Source of the DNA: Gammaproteobacteria bacterium
Lineage (GTDB): Bacteria; Pseudomonadota; Gammaproteobacteria; Eutrophobiales; Eutrophobiaceae
Length of the DNA: 64,000 nt
NCBI GenBank assembly: GCA_965215365.1
Contig: CBDCDS010000003.1
Coordinates: 1,344,001 to 1,408,000, forward strand
Reading direction: 5' to 3'
The translations under genes were made by a program, and so were the position numbers. Shown here piece after piece: positions 49,744-58,807 of this stretch (its first letter is position 1; every line of letters begins with the position of its first letter). The notes beneath the pieces were generated by a model. It made no database searches. It saw only the letters and a list, made by a program, of their open reading frames with translations, and was not told the origin of the DNA.

Positions 49744-50955
49744 ATGGCGGCATTCAATTACATCGCGGTTGATAACAGTGGCTCCAGAACGAGAGGCATA
49801 CTGGAAGCAGACAGTCCGCGACAAGTCAGGCAACAGCTGAGAAAGCAAGCTCTCACTCCTCTGCGCGTGACCGCCACCCGGGAGCGGCTTGGGAAAAGCC
49901 GGATAAATGGATTTTTCACGCGGGTGGGACTGCGCGACCTGACGTTGCTCTCCCGCTATCTGGCAACCTTGTTGCAAGCGGGTCTGCCGGCCGAGGAAGC
50001 TCTGGCAGTGGTGTCGCAACAGACCCACAAGGGCAAAATATGCGACGTCACGCTGGCGTTGCGAGCCCGGGTGCTGGAGGGTCATAGCCTGTCGCACGGG
50101 CTGGAAGAATATGCTCATATATTTCCGGACGTATATCGCGCCAGCGTTGCGGCGGGAGAATATGCCGGCAGGCTGGATGAGGTGATGAAACGGTTGGCCG
50201 AGCACCTGGAAAAAACACATGAATTCAGACAGAGAGTCATGTTGTCATTGCTTTATCCGTTGCTTTTACTGGTATTGTCAATTGCCATTATTACCGCGCT
50301 GATGGTGTTTGTGGTGCCGGATGTGATTGCCATATTCGTCGAAACCGGGCAGGCACTGCCGCTGTTGACTCAGGTGCTTATCGGGTTAAGCGAATTTATC
50401 AGTGAATATGGTTTGCCGGTGTTATTGATGGCGTTGCTGGCCGTTGCGGCCGGCAGATTCGTGTACCGAATGGCGTCGGTGCAACTGCTGCTGCATCGGC
50501 AGATATTGCGGTTGCCGGTGGTCGGTCGTTTCAGTCGGGGGGTCAACTGTGCACGTTTTGCCCGCACTTTGAATGTTTTGTTCAATAGTGGAGTGCCACT
50601 GGTTGATGCCATGAAAATCGCCGGTCAGGTTTCATCCAATCAGTGGCTGCGCCTGGAGATTGATAAAGTGACACAACAGGTGGCTGAGGGCGGCAGTTTG
50701 AGCGCTGCGCTGAGACAGTCCGGCCATTTCCCGCCGGTGATGGTGCAAATGCTTGCCAGCGGCGAGGCGAGCGGAGAGCTGTCTGGCATGTTGCAAAGTG
50801 TCGCGCTGGACCAGGAGCGGGAGATTCAAACCCTGGTGCGGGCCGGGGTCAGTCTGTTGGAGCCGCTGATGTTGCTGCTGATGGGTATGACGGTTTTGTT
50901 CATTGTGCTGGCCATATTGCTGCCAATTATGAACCTGAATCGGCTGATAGTCTGA
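49744..50955 (+). CDS. gspF: Type II secretion inner-membrane platform protein GspF
   Basis: MAAFNYIAVD..G....G.LEADS..QVRQQLR, AGE..G.LD, LLEP..LL. The ATG at 49744 is preferred over the ORF-track start at 49627. Confidence 0.96.
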   Translation: MAAFNYIAVDNSGSRTRGILEADSPRQVRQQLRKQALTPLRVTATRERLGKSRINGFFTRVGLRDLTLLSRYLATLLQAGLPAEEALAVVSQQTHKGKICDVTLALRARVLEGHSLSHGLEEYAHIFPDVYRASVAAGEYAGRLDEVMKRLAEHLEKTHEFRQRVMLSLLYPLLLLVLSIAIITALMVFVVPDVIAIFVETGQALPLLTQVLIGLSEFISEYGLPVLLMALLAVAAGRFVYRMASVQLLLHRQILRLPVVGRFSRGVNCARFARTLNVLFNSGVPLVDAMKIAGQVSSNQWLRLEIDKVTQQVAEGGSLSAALRQSGHFPPVMVQMLASGEASGELSGMLQSVALDQEREIQTLVRAGVSLLEPLMLLLMGMTVLFIVLAILLPIMNLNRLIV

Positions 50956-51398
50956 TGTTGCCGCCGGTAAACAGACACGGGGCAAAGCGGGTCATGCCAA
51001 GGGGATTTACCCTCATTGAGGTCATGATTGTTATTGTGGTGCTGAGCGTGCTGGCCGCGTTGGTTGTGCCTAATATCATGGGGCGCCCTGATGAAGCCCG
51101 CATCGCGGCCGCGAAAATAGACCTGCGCAGCATCGCCAATGCCCTGGCATTATACAAGCTCGACCACCATACCTATCCCACCACCAACCAGGGGCTGGAA
51201 GCATTAGTGAGCAGACCGGCAGCGGGTGGCGCCGAATATGGTGGTTATTTGCAGCAGATTCCCAAAGACCCCTGGGGCCACGAGTATCTTTACCTCAGTC
51301 CCGGCGCGCATGGCCCTTACGACCTGTATTCACTCGGAGCAGACGCTAAAAAAGGGGGTGACGGGGCGCGCGCCGACATCACCAGCTGGGAACAATGA
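50955..51398 (+). CDS. gspG: Major pseudopilin GspG
   Basis: GFTLIEVMIV, YPTTNQGLEALV, PKDPWG..Y.Y.SPG, DLYSLGAD and ADITSW. Confidence 0.97.
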   Translation: MLPPVNRHGAKRVMPRGFTLIEVMIVIVVLSVLAALVVPNIMGRPDEARIAAAKIDLRSIANALALYKLDHHTYPTTNQGLEALVSRPAAGGAEYGGYLQQIPKDPWGHEYLYLSPGAHGPYDLYSLGADAKKGGDGARADITSWEQ

Positions 51399-51422
51399 GG
51401 GGCGTAAAAATCTCGTGGAGAA

Positions 51423-51486
51423 CCAGCCCGCAGGCAGAACCAATCCGGCGCGATGTTCGCATCACTGGGTGAGAGCTGCGGGCTGG
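51423..51486. repeat. Stem-loop between gspG and gspH containing REP-like element copy 3
   Basis: ccagcccgcag (51423) pairs with ctgcgggctgg (51476-51486). The loop contains ttcgcatcactgggtgagagctgcgggct, similar to copies 1 and 2. Confidence 0.7.
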
Positions 51487-51500
51487 GGCGGGGACGGATA

Positions 51501-52076
51501 GTGAAGGCATTCCATAAATCGACTCTTGGATTTACCCTCATTGAGGTGCTGGTTGTCATTGTCATCGTCAGTGTGCTGGCCGGACTCACGGTTCTGAGCA
51601 TTGCGCCGGGCAGCCCGCAGCGAACCCTCAAGCGCGAGGCGCAGCGCTTGGAGTTAACGGTGCTGGCCGCGGCCGAAAAAGCACTGCTCGATGGCCTTGA
51701 ATATGGCCTGCGATTCACCGGTAAAGAGTATCAGATAGTGAAATTTGACGCTCGGGCAGAGCAATGGATACCGCAACAGGCCCCGGAATTTCAGCCGCAC
51801 CGACTGCCTGATGCAGTGCAGCTGGTCCTGGAAATTGAAGAGCAGCTGTTCACTCCGGAAACAGACACAGGCGCCGACACTGAGGCGCGTCGGCAGCAGG
51901 GGGGGCGAGAGGCGGATGCCGAGCCACATATTCTGTTGCTGTCCAGTGGTGAGGTGACCGCGTTCGACATCTATTTCAGTCTGGACAGTGGCGGTGAGAC
52001 CTACCATCTTGCCAGTGATGGCATACAAGTGGCCCGGTTGGAAAAACTGTATGACTTTGTGCCAGATGCGGGCTAA
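51501..52076 (+). CDS. gspH: Minor pseudopilin GspH
   Basis: GFTLIEVLVV N-methylation motif and 'PHILLLSSGEVTAF'. The GTG at 51501 is preferred as start. Confidence 0.92.
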   Translation: MKAFHKSTLGFTLIEVLVVIVIVSVLAGLTVLSIAPGSPQRTLKREAQRLELTVLAAAEKALLDGLEYGLRFTGKEYQIVKFDARAEQWIPQQAPEFQPHRLPDAVQLVLEIEEQLFTPETDTGADTEARRQQGGREADAEPHILLLSSGEVTAFDIYFSLDSGGETYHLASDGIQVARLEKLYDFVPDAG

Positions 52077-52452
52077 CCCAAGGTTCAGCCTGAGCGGGGA
52101 TTCCGGCTTTACCCTGCTTGAAGTCCTGGTGGCGTTAGCTGTGTTCATAATCAGTGTTGTGGCACTGAACAGGCTGGTATCGCAAAGTGTCAGACAGACC
52201 GATTATCTGGAGCAGAAGGTGGTGGCATCGTGGATTGCGCAAGATAAGCTGACCCTGCTCAGGGTTGATGGCGTCTGGCCGGCATTGGGTCAATCCGTTG
52301 ATAACGCATGGCAACTGAACCGGGAATGGTGGGTTGAAACCCGTGTATCCGACACCAGCGAGCCACTGCTGAGACGGGTTGACGTGCGGGTCGGGTCGGT
52401 GGGTGAAGAGGCAACATTATTTGCCTTGCACGGTTTCATCGGCAAGCACTGA
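52066..52452 (+). CDS. gspI: Minor pseudopilin GspI
   Basis: GFTLLEVLVALAVF, LEQKVVASWIAQ and LRRVDVRV. The ATG at 52066 overlaps the end of gspH. Confidence 0.93.
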   Translation: MRANPRFSLSGDSGFTLLEVLVALAVFIISVVALNRLVSQSVRQTDYLEQKVVASWIAQDKLTLLRVDGVWPALGQSVDNAWQLNREWWVETRVSDTSEPLLRRVDVRVGSVGEEATLFALHGFIGKH

Positions 52453-53120
52453 TGTATCTAGGTCGGAAAGTCCTGACACAAAGTGGCTTCACCTTGTTGG
52501 AAGTGCTTTTAGCTGTTAGTATTTTTGCGGTTATCGGCTTGTGCGCGCAGCGCGTATTACATGTTGTCGTCAGCGCAGAGACTGTCGCGTCTGCTCACAC
52601 GTCATCATTGTTCAGGTTACAACGGGCCATGTTGTTGCTTGGTGCGGATCTGCAGCAGATTGTTGACCGGCCGGTCACGGCCGCCGTTGACGACGCGCCC
52701 GGGGCACTGGTCACAGACCATGACCGCTACCTGCTGATGTTTACCCGGCAGGGTTGGCGCAATCCATTGTGGCTGCCACGCAGCAATCTGCGGCGGGTTG
52801 CCTACAGCCTGGACCAGGCTGACATCGATGCAGCAGGGAGCGATACCATCAGCCTAGTGCGCCATTACTGGTCACTGACAGACCCGGTGGCAGGCTATGC
52901 ACCCAAAAGTCAGGAGTTACTAAATAATGTCATGGATGTTCGTTTCCGCTTTCTGGACCGCAAACATAACTGGCATTCCAGCTGGCCGTTGCAATTGCGG
53001 CAAGGTGAGGCCGCGCAAACAGGTGAGGCACCGGGCGGTTTGCCTGTTGCCGTTGAAATTACCATTGAAACAGAAGTCTCGGGCCTGATTCAGCGAGTCT
53101 TCCAGACCGGAGCTCGATGA
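52452..53120 (+). CDS. gspJ: Minor pseudopilin GspJ
   Basis: GFTLLEVLLAVSIFA, LQRAM..L..DLQQ, TRQGWRNP...PRSNL..VAY and LPVAVEI. Confidence 0.95.
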   Translation: MYLGRKVLTQSGFTLLEVLLAVSIFAVIGLCAQRVLHVVVSAETVASAHTSSLFRLQRAMLLLGADLQQIVDRPVTAAVDDAPGALVTDHDRYLLMFTRQGWRNPLWLPRSNLRRVAYSLDQADIDAAGSDTISLVRHYWSLTDPVAGYAPKSQELLNNVMDVRFRFLDRKHNWHSSWPLQLRQGEAAQTGEAPGGLPVAVEITIETEVSGLIQRVFQTGAR

Positions 53121-54127
53121 AACCGGTAAGCTCAGGCGTAGCTCACGGACAACATGGCATTGCCCTGATAACGGTATTGCTGATCTTTGTCATGGCTACC
53201 GTGATAGCCGGCGATTCGGCACAGCGCGCGTTCCTGACAACCAGTCGTCTGGAACGACAACTGGTGGATGCGCAGGCCTGGGAATACGCGCTGGCGGGAG
53301 AGGCTTTCGCCCGGCAACTCCTGTACACGGATGTTGTCGAGGTGAAACCTGCTGCCGACGAGGTCGCCCAGGACGAGGACAACCAGGACAAGGGCTGGCT
53401 ACTGGTTGACCGGGTTGAGAAATTTGAACAGGGTGAATTGAATATCTCCATTTTAGACCTGCAATCCAGGTTTAATATCAATAATCTGGTGGGGGGCATG
53501 AACGAGGATAGGCAGCAGGCATTGCAACAATTTACTCGTCTGTTGGACAGTCTGACTATCAAACCGACCGCTACCCGGGCCTTGCTGGATTGGGTTGAGG
53601 AGGTCAGTACGTCCCTGGAGAGCGATGCCGGGGACTTGGCGGAGGAACATGGCCCTGGCTATGAGGCGAGGCATTGGCTGCTTGCGCATTTGTCTGAATT
53701 GTATGAGTTGGAAGGTGTGGATAAGGCAACGCTCACGGCCCTGGCGCCCTACATGACCGCCCTGCCGCCGCCAACAGCCATCAATGTTGATACGGCTTCC
53801 GAGCGGATTTTGCGAGCCATATCCGGTGCAACAGAAACCGATGCGCCTGAAAGTGACGCGCAGGAGCCGGCGGACACCCCCGTCGATGCCGAACCTCACC
53901 CGCCAACGGACGCCCCCGTCAATGCCGAATCTGGCGCTGGCTGCATGGCTGCAAAGAGCTGTTATTTTATGGTTTTTGTAAAATCTGTTTTCGCCGATCA
54001 AAGCCTTTCCCTGCGCACGGTCTTTTACCGTAGCCCCGAAACGAATCAGCTGCGTATGCTGTCCCGCGACCGCGGTGACGATTTTTTATTCCGGTGGGGC
54101 GACGACAGGGACGAAGCGCAATCATGA
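53117..54127 (+). CDS. gspK: Minor pseudopilin GspK (divergent)
   Basis: GIALITVLL, I.DLQSRFNINNL, LSEL..LEGV and INVDTAS. Position in the operon fits. Confidence 0.9.
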   Translation: MKPVSSGVAHGQHGIALITVLLIFVMATVIAGDSAQRAFLTTSRLERQLVDAQAWEYALAGEAFARQLLYTDVVEVKPAADEVAQDEDNQDKGWLLVDRVEKFEQGELNISILDLQSRFNINNLVGGMNEDRQQALQQFTRLLDSLTIKPTATRALLDWVEEVSTSLESDAGDLAEEHGPGYEARHWLLAHLSELYELEGVDKATLTALAPYMTALPPPTAINVDTASERILRAISGATETDAPESDAQEPADTPVDAEPHPPTDAPVNAESGAGCMAAKSCYFMVFVKSVFADQSLSLRTVFYRSPETNQLRMLSRDRGDDFLFRWGDDRDEAQS

Positions 54128-55419
54128 ACCGGCTGTTTATACGGCTTAATTCGTCGCCACCCGATGACGCTGAGCAACGAGTGGATTGGGCAGTGCTGAC
54201 CGCCGCCGGGGATAAACTCGACGCCGGCTTCGGCGCCACCCTGGGCCGTATGGATACAGTCGGGGTCGCGGCAGAGGATATGGAAACTGTGATCATTGCG
54301 CCGGGTGAGGATATCTTGTTCCGGAAGCTGGCAGTTCCCGCTGCACAAAAACGCTATCTCAAAGAGATAGTGCCGTATCTTATGGAAGACGCGATGGCCG
54401 ACACGTTGGAATCCATGCACATTGTCAATGGCAAGGAGCATGAGGGGAAATACCCCGTTATGGCGGTACGGCACTCCCGTATCCGAGACTGGATGGAGCG
54501 CTTGCGACAACATGACATTACGCCCGACTGCATGGTCGCGGATACTTATGTTATGTCGTTATTTCCAGATAAAGTGTGCGTTTTGTTCGATGAGAGATAT
54601 AGTATCATCAGCACTGATACGATTGCGTTAAAAACCGATACGAGTAATATTACGTTGCTGTTGAGGAGTTATTTAAGCGAGCAGGGAAATGACGCCGCGC
54701 CGGTCAGCAGTATTGCACTGCTGGCCACGGCGGCGGCCCGTGGCGATGCCAGGATCGACGCGGAGATAGCAGACGCGATAAAGTACCTGGACACAAGAGG
54801 CATTGCCAGTACCGTGGAGCAGATTGACAATAGCTTTGACTATCTCTGTCAGCGCTTAAATGCTGTGTTTGAGGCGGGGCAGGGCGGTCAGCTCGCCAAT
54901 CTGATAGGCGCGCCCTACCAGGGCCATGTCATCAGGCGCCAACGTTTCAACTGGCGTGCGCTGGCGCTGGTCCTGTTGCTCTGTATGGGGTTGAAAGTCA
55001 TGACGGATATCGCCACAGGACTGTATCTGGAGCGCCAGATTGCGCAGCTGGATGAAAAGGTCATCAGTCTGTACCGCGACCTGTTTCCACAGGATAGCAA
55101 AATCGTCAATGTAAAAGTTCAGATGGAAAATCACCTCAAACAGAGCGCCGCGTCGGCTTCGCAGGTGGAGTTCGTCACGTTGGTCGGTATTATCAGCAAG
55201 CAGCTCAGCATGATAGGGCAGCCGGCGCGGATACAGATTCAAAATCTGCGTTATGACAGTCAGCAAAATGCACTGTGGCTGGATATACAGGCCAAAGATA
55301 TTCAACTCCTCGATCAACTTGAGCGATATTTGACAGGTGAGGTCGAGGATGTGAAAATTTTATCGGTGAGCGATGAAGAACAATGGATAAACGGACGATT
55401 TCGTATCACCAGCAGGTAA
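54124..55419 (+). CDS. gspL: Type II secretion protein GspL
   Basis: LFIRL, 'VPYLMED.MA...ESMH', a single TM segment after 'NWRALAL' and 'YRDLFPQDSKIVN...QM'. Confidence 0.92.
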   Translation: MNRLFIRLNSSPPDDAEQRVDWAVLTAAGDKLDAGFGATLGRMDTVGVAAEDMETVIIAPGEDILFRKLAVPAAQKRYLKEIVPYLMEDAMADTLESMHIVNGKEHEGKYPVMAVRHSRIRDWMERLRQHDITPDCMVADTYVMSLFPDKVCVLFDERYSIISTDTIALKTDTSNITLLLRSYLSEQGNDAAPVSSIALLATAAARGDARIDAEIADAIKYLDTRGIASTVEQIDNSFDYLCQRLNAVFEAGQGGQLANLIGAPYQGHVIRRQRFNWRALALVLLLCMGLKVMTDIATGLYLERQIAQLDEKVISLYRDLFPQDSKIVNVKVQMENHLKQSAASASQVEFVTLVGIISKQLSMIGQPARIQIQNLRYDSQQNALWLDIQAKDIQLLDQLERYLTGEVEDVKILSVSDEEQWINGRFRITSR

Positions 55420-55427
55420 CACCCGAT

Positions 55428-55928
55428 ATGTTCAGGCAGCGCTACAGACAATTGTTTGAGACCTTCAAGCAACTGCCGTTGAGGATGCGACGGCTGCTTG
55501 CGGTGGCCGTGCTGTTACCGGCTGTGCTGGGTTTTATCTTTGGCCTGCTGCTTCCGGCACACCGCTTTGCCGATACAACGGCCTTGGAATTTCGTGAAAT
55601 TCATGACTTGTTCGCCTGGATGCAAGCCAACGCAAGCAAGGTCAGCGCCCTGCACCGGTCAGCCCCGGCTGAGGCAACGGCGACGGAAGATACCATCCTC
55701 TCAACCCTTGCAGACAGCGCCCAAAGCCAGGGTCTCAGCCTCAAGCGATTTGTGCCTCAGGAAAACGCTGAGCTGCGCGTCTGGCTGGAAGATGTGTCTT
55801 TTGACAAGTTCATCTTGTGGCTTGACAGCTTGAGCCGTGCTCACAATATCAGCGTCAGGCAGATCACTATCTCTAGGCAAGACCTGCCCGGACTGGTCAA
55901 TGCCGTTATCGTATTTGCGCTGAATTAA
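55428..55928 (+). CDS. gspM: Type II secretion protein GspM
   Basis: TM segment after 'RMRRLL', 'WMQ', 'LRVWLEDVSFDKFILWL' and 'PGLVNA'. Confidence 0.9.
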   Translation: MFRQRYRQLFETFKQLPLRMRRLLAVAVLLPAVLGFIFGLLLPAHRFADTTALEFREIHDLFAWMQANASKVSALHRSAPAEATATEDTILSTLADSAQSQGLSLKRFVPQENAELRVWLEDVSFDKFILWLDSLSRAHNISVRQITISRQDLPGLVNAVIVFALN

Positions 55929-56081
55929 GGGCGCCTGTAAAAATAAAATTATGTTGCGTATATGGAATAACCCTGTACCATGGGCGCAGTGGCGCTTGGC
56001 AAAACAAGGAAATTCCCGTTCGTCATTCCGGGTGGCACGAATCTGCACTGATTTTATACGATACCATTAACATATAAAAGT

Positions 56082-57062
56082 ATGCGGTTGCCCTATCCTG
56101 ATGAGAGAGTTAAAGACACCGTTTTTGTTGGCATGGACGGTGGCGGGACCAATACCGGAGTCGTTGTCATCGACTGTGATGGTAAACAGGTCTATGAGAC
56201 AGTCGGTGGTCCCGCTAACATCGCCCTGTCAGGCGTGGATGCAACATTTGGCAGCATCAAGCGGATATTGGACGAAGTGCTCGGTGAGGTTAACCGGTTT
56301 GAACAATCTGTGGCAGGCATTGTGCTGGGGTTGGCCGGGATCAGCAAGGGTGAGAGTCAATTAAGTGGCGCCCTGCTGGATAAACTGAATGCCCTGAACA
56401 TCACCGGCAATATCCGTTTGGTCAACGACGCGCATATTGCCTGGTATGGAGTAGCCAGAGGTAAGCCGGCGATCGCGTTAATCTCCGGCACCGGTTCCTC
56501 GGCGTATGCCGTTGATGCTAAGGACAACATCATTGTTAAAGGTGGTCTGGGGTATATCTTATCGGATGAAGGCAGCGGCTACCATATCGGGTTAATGGGT
56601 ATCCGCAGCGCGATACGAGCGTCATTACGCATTGACACGGAGACGGCGCTGGCCTCGAAACTCATGGAGGTCTTTGCGCTGCGAAGTATTGATGAAGCGC
56701 CATACCTCATTAAAGACCATGCTCAGATCGCGGCATTTGCTCGCCATGTTTATGAGGCATCATTGTCTGGCGACAAAGTCGCTGGTCATATCATTAGCGA
56801 AGCGGCGGACGAGCTCGCGCGTCTGGTAGAGGCAACCTGGCGTGACGGAGACTTCGGCAACAGACAAGTCAAAGTGGGCGCGTTTGGCAGCTGTCTGGAC
56901 AAAATGGCCACATTAAGAAGCGCCTTGTCTGACCGGTTGCAACTTGTCAGTCACAATCTGGTATTGTCTGCTCCTGTTTATGCGCCGGCGCGAGCCGCAT
57001 CCGAGTTGGCAAGAAATACCTGTATGCAGACCGGAAGCCCGGCGGATATCGGCGACGCCTAG
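56082..57062 (+). CDS. BadF/BadG/BcrA/BcrD-family sugar kinase (N-acetylglucosamine/glucosamine kinase-like)
   Basis: GMDGGGTNT, GPAN, GLAG, NDA, ISGTGS and GG.GYILSDEGSGYHIG motifs. Confidence 0.9.
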   Translation: MRLPYPDERVKDTVFVGMDGGGTNTGVVVIDCDGKQVYETVGGPANIALSGVDATFGSIKRILDEVLGEVNRFEQSVAGIVLGLAGISKGESQLSGALLDKLNALNITGNIRLVNDAHIAWYGVARGKPAIALISGTGSSAYAVDAKDNIIVKGGLGYILSDEGSGYHIGLMGIRSAIRASLRIDTETALASKLMEVFALRSIDEAPYLIKDHAQIAAFARHVYEASLSGDKVAGHIISEAADELARLVEATWRDGDFGNRQVKVGAFGSCLDKMATLRSALSDRLQLVSHNLVLSAPVYAPARAASELARNTCMQTGSPADIGDA

Positions 57063-57068
57063 AACCAC

Positions 57069-57095
57069 TACCCGCATGCCGGCGCCGGTGCGAAT
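57069..57095. other. Intergenic hairpin, possibly a divergent inverted member of the REP-like family
   Basis: tacccgcatgccggcgccggtgcgaat. The reverse complement reads ttcgca...atgcggg, like copies 1 and 3. Confidence 0.4.
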
Positions 57096-57109
57096 GTAAG
57101 GGTATTTCA

Positions 57110-57955
57110 TTGTTTGACAATAATAATATCAAGTCCTACGTTCCGGATAATGTGCCATTTGCTGAGGCGCTGTCGCGCACCACGCATTTGGCTGTTGCCG
57201 CGCATCCCGATGATATCGAGATCATCGGTTTCCACGGGATCATCGAGTGCTATCAGGTTAGTGACCGGTGGTTTACTGGCATTGTGGTCACCAATGGCTC
57301 TGGTTCTCCTCGTAATGAATCGTTCCGGGAGTGTTCTGACGCGGACATGGCAGCGATTCGTGTAGAAGAACAAATTCAGGCAGCTCAGTTGGGTGATTAT
57401 TCGGCGGTATTGCAGTTGGGTCTTTACAGCGATGCAGTTAAAGACCGGATTAACCCGCAGTTGGTAGAGTATCTGTCCCATCAACTGCAGTTGGCGCAGG
57501 CGCATACGGTATATCTGCACAACCCGGCCGATCGTCATGATACGCATGTGGGTGTCTGCATCCACGCGCTTGAGGCATTACGCTCCCTGCCCAAGGCGCT
57601 CCAGCCCACACATGTTTATGGTATTGAAGTATGGCGTGCTCTGGACTGGTTGCCCGAGCAGTACCGGGTACGGCTGGACCTCAGTGGTCACGCTGAGCTG
57701 TTCAACAGCCTGATTGGTGTATTCCAGTCCCAAATCAGCGCCGGTAAGCGTCTTGATCTGGCCTTGCCGGGGCGTCTGTCTGCCAACGCAACCTTCGATC
57801 GATTCCATGCAGTTGATCAGTTTTCAGCGCTGACTCTGGCGCTGGACTTATCTGAGCTGGTGCAAAATGAAAATATTGGATACAGTGAGTTCATGGAGTC
57901 AGTACTTTGCGATTTTACCACTGAGGTCGTCGGGAAACTCGACCGGTACCAGTGA
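57110..57955 (+). CDS. PIG-L/LmbE-family de-N-acetylase
   Basis: AHPDDIE metal-binding motif, T.GSGS, R.EEQ..AA and H.P.DRH.TH. TTG start. Confidence 0.9.
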   Translation: MFDNNNIKSYVPDNVPFAEALSRTTHLAVAAHPDDIEIIGFHGIIECYQVSDRWFTGIVVTNGSGSPRNESFRECSDADMAAIRVEEQIQAAQLGDYSAVLQLGLYSDAVKDRINPQLVEYLSHQLQLAQAHTVYLHNPADRHDTHVGVCIHALEALRSLPKALQPTHVYGIEVWRALDWLPEQYRVRLDLSGHAELFNSLIGVFQSQISAGKRLDLALPGRLSANATFDRFHAVDQFSALTLALDLSELVQNENIGYSEFMESVLCDFTTEVVGKLDRYQ

Positions 57956-57962
57956 GTACGTG

Positions 57963-58754
57963 ATGGAAGTTGTCATCTTAAAAGACGCCAATGAGGTGGC
58001 CGAAGAAGGCGCACGGCGGGTCTGCTCGCTGATCGGGCAAAGTCAAAATGCGGTATTGGGGTTGGCCACCGGGAGTACGCCCATCGCCATGTATAAAAAA
58101 TTAATCGCCTCCTGCCGGAAAGGTGAGATCAGCTTCAGCAAGGTCACTACGTTTAATCTGGATGAATATCTGGGATTAGCGCCGGAGCACCCGCAAAGTT
58201 ATCGCAGCTTCATGCACCGTGAGCTGTTTGAGCATATTGATATTGACATCAGGAATACTCATTTACCGACCTGTCGGGAAGGAGAGAATCCCAAGACTGT
58301 GTGTCGCTTGTACGAAGAGAAAATCAAATCTGTCGGTGGCGTTGACATACAGGTCTTGGGTATTGGCAGCAACGGACATATCGGCTTTAACGAACCGATC
58401 TCGAGTTTGGCGTCCCGTACGCGAGTCAAAACGTTGTCGGAGCATACTGTTGCAGACAACAGTCGGCTGTTTGAACCGAACGAATATCAACCGGCTCTTG
58501 CGATTACCATGGGTGTTGCAACCATCATGGAAGCGCAGCGGATTTTACTGTTGGCAACCGGGCAGAATAAAGCGCAGGCAGTCAGGGGCATGATCGAAGG
58601 TTCGGTGACTTCCCGGTGTCCGGCGTCGGTGCTGCAATTACACGAGCGGGCAACGATTCTGCTTGATGAAGCCGCCAGTTCTGAATTGGAGTTGCAGGAC
58701 TACTACAAGTGGAGCCATAAACAGAATACGGGGTTGCTTTCAAAGCTGCCGTGA
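57963..58754 (+). CDS. nagB: Glucosamine-6-phosphate deaminase
   Basis: VLGLATGSTP, TFNLDEY, HPQSY, LGIGSNGHIGFNEP and AITMG. ATG at 57963. Confidence 0.96.
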   Translation: MEVVILKDANEVAEEGARRVCSLIGQSQNAVLGLATGSTPIAMYKKLIASCRKGEISFSKVTTFNLDEYLGLAPEHPQSYRSFMHRELFEHIDIDIRNTHLPTCREGENPKTVCRLYEEKIKSVGGVDIQVLGIGSNGHIGFNEPISSLASRTRVKTLSEHTVADNSRLFEPNEYQPALAITMGVATIMEAQRILLLATGQNKAQAVRGMIEGSVTSRCPASVLQLHERATILLDEAASSELELQDYYKWSHKQNTGLLSKLP

Positions 58755-58807
58755 ACCCCGACAGATTTCGGCTCAGGTAGCGCGAACAGGGGATACGGGT
58801 GCAGGGG

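Noticed and set aside
52066-52076. atgcgggctaa half-copy of the palindromic element
   Set aside because: Explained by the overlapping gspI start and gspH stop. The other arm is missing.
56032-56047. Sigma-54-like promoter tggcacgaatctgca
   Set aside because: GG-to-GC spacing is 9 nt rather than the required 10.
49627-57962. Longer ORF-track starts for gspF (49627), gspH (51453), gspI (51988), gspL (54094), gspM (55383) and nagB (57867)
   Set aside because: The extensions overlap upstream genes or hairpins. Downstream starts match the family N-termini.
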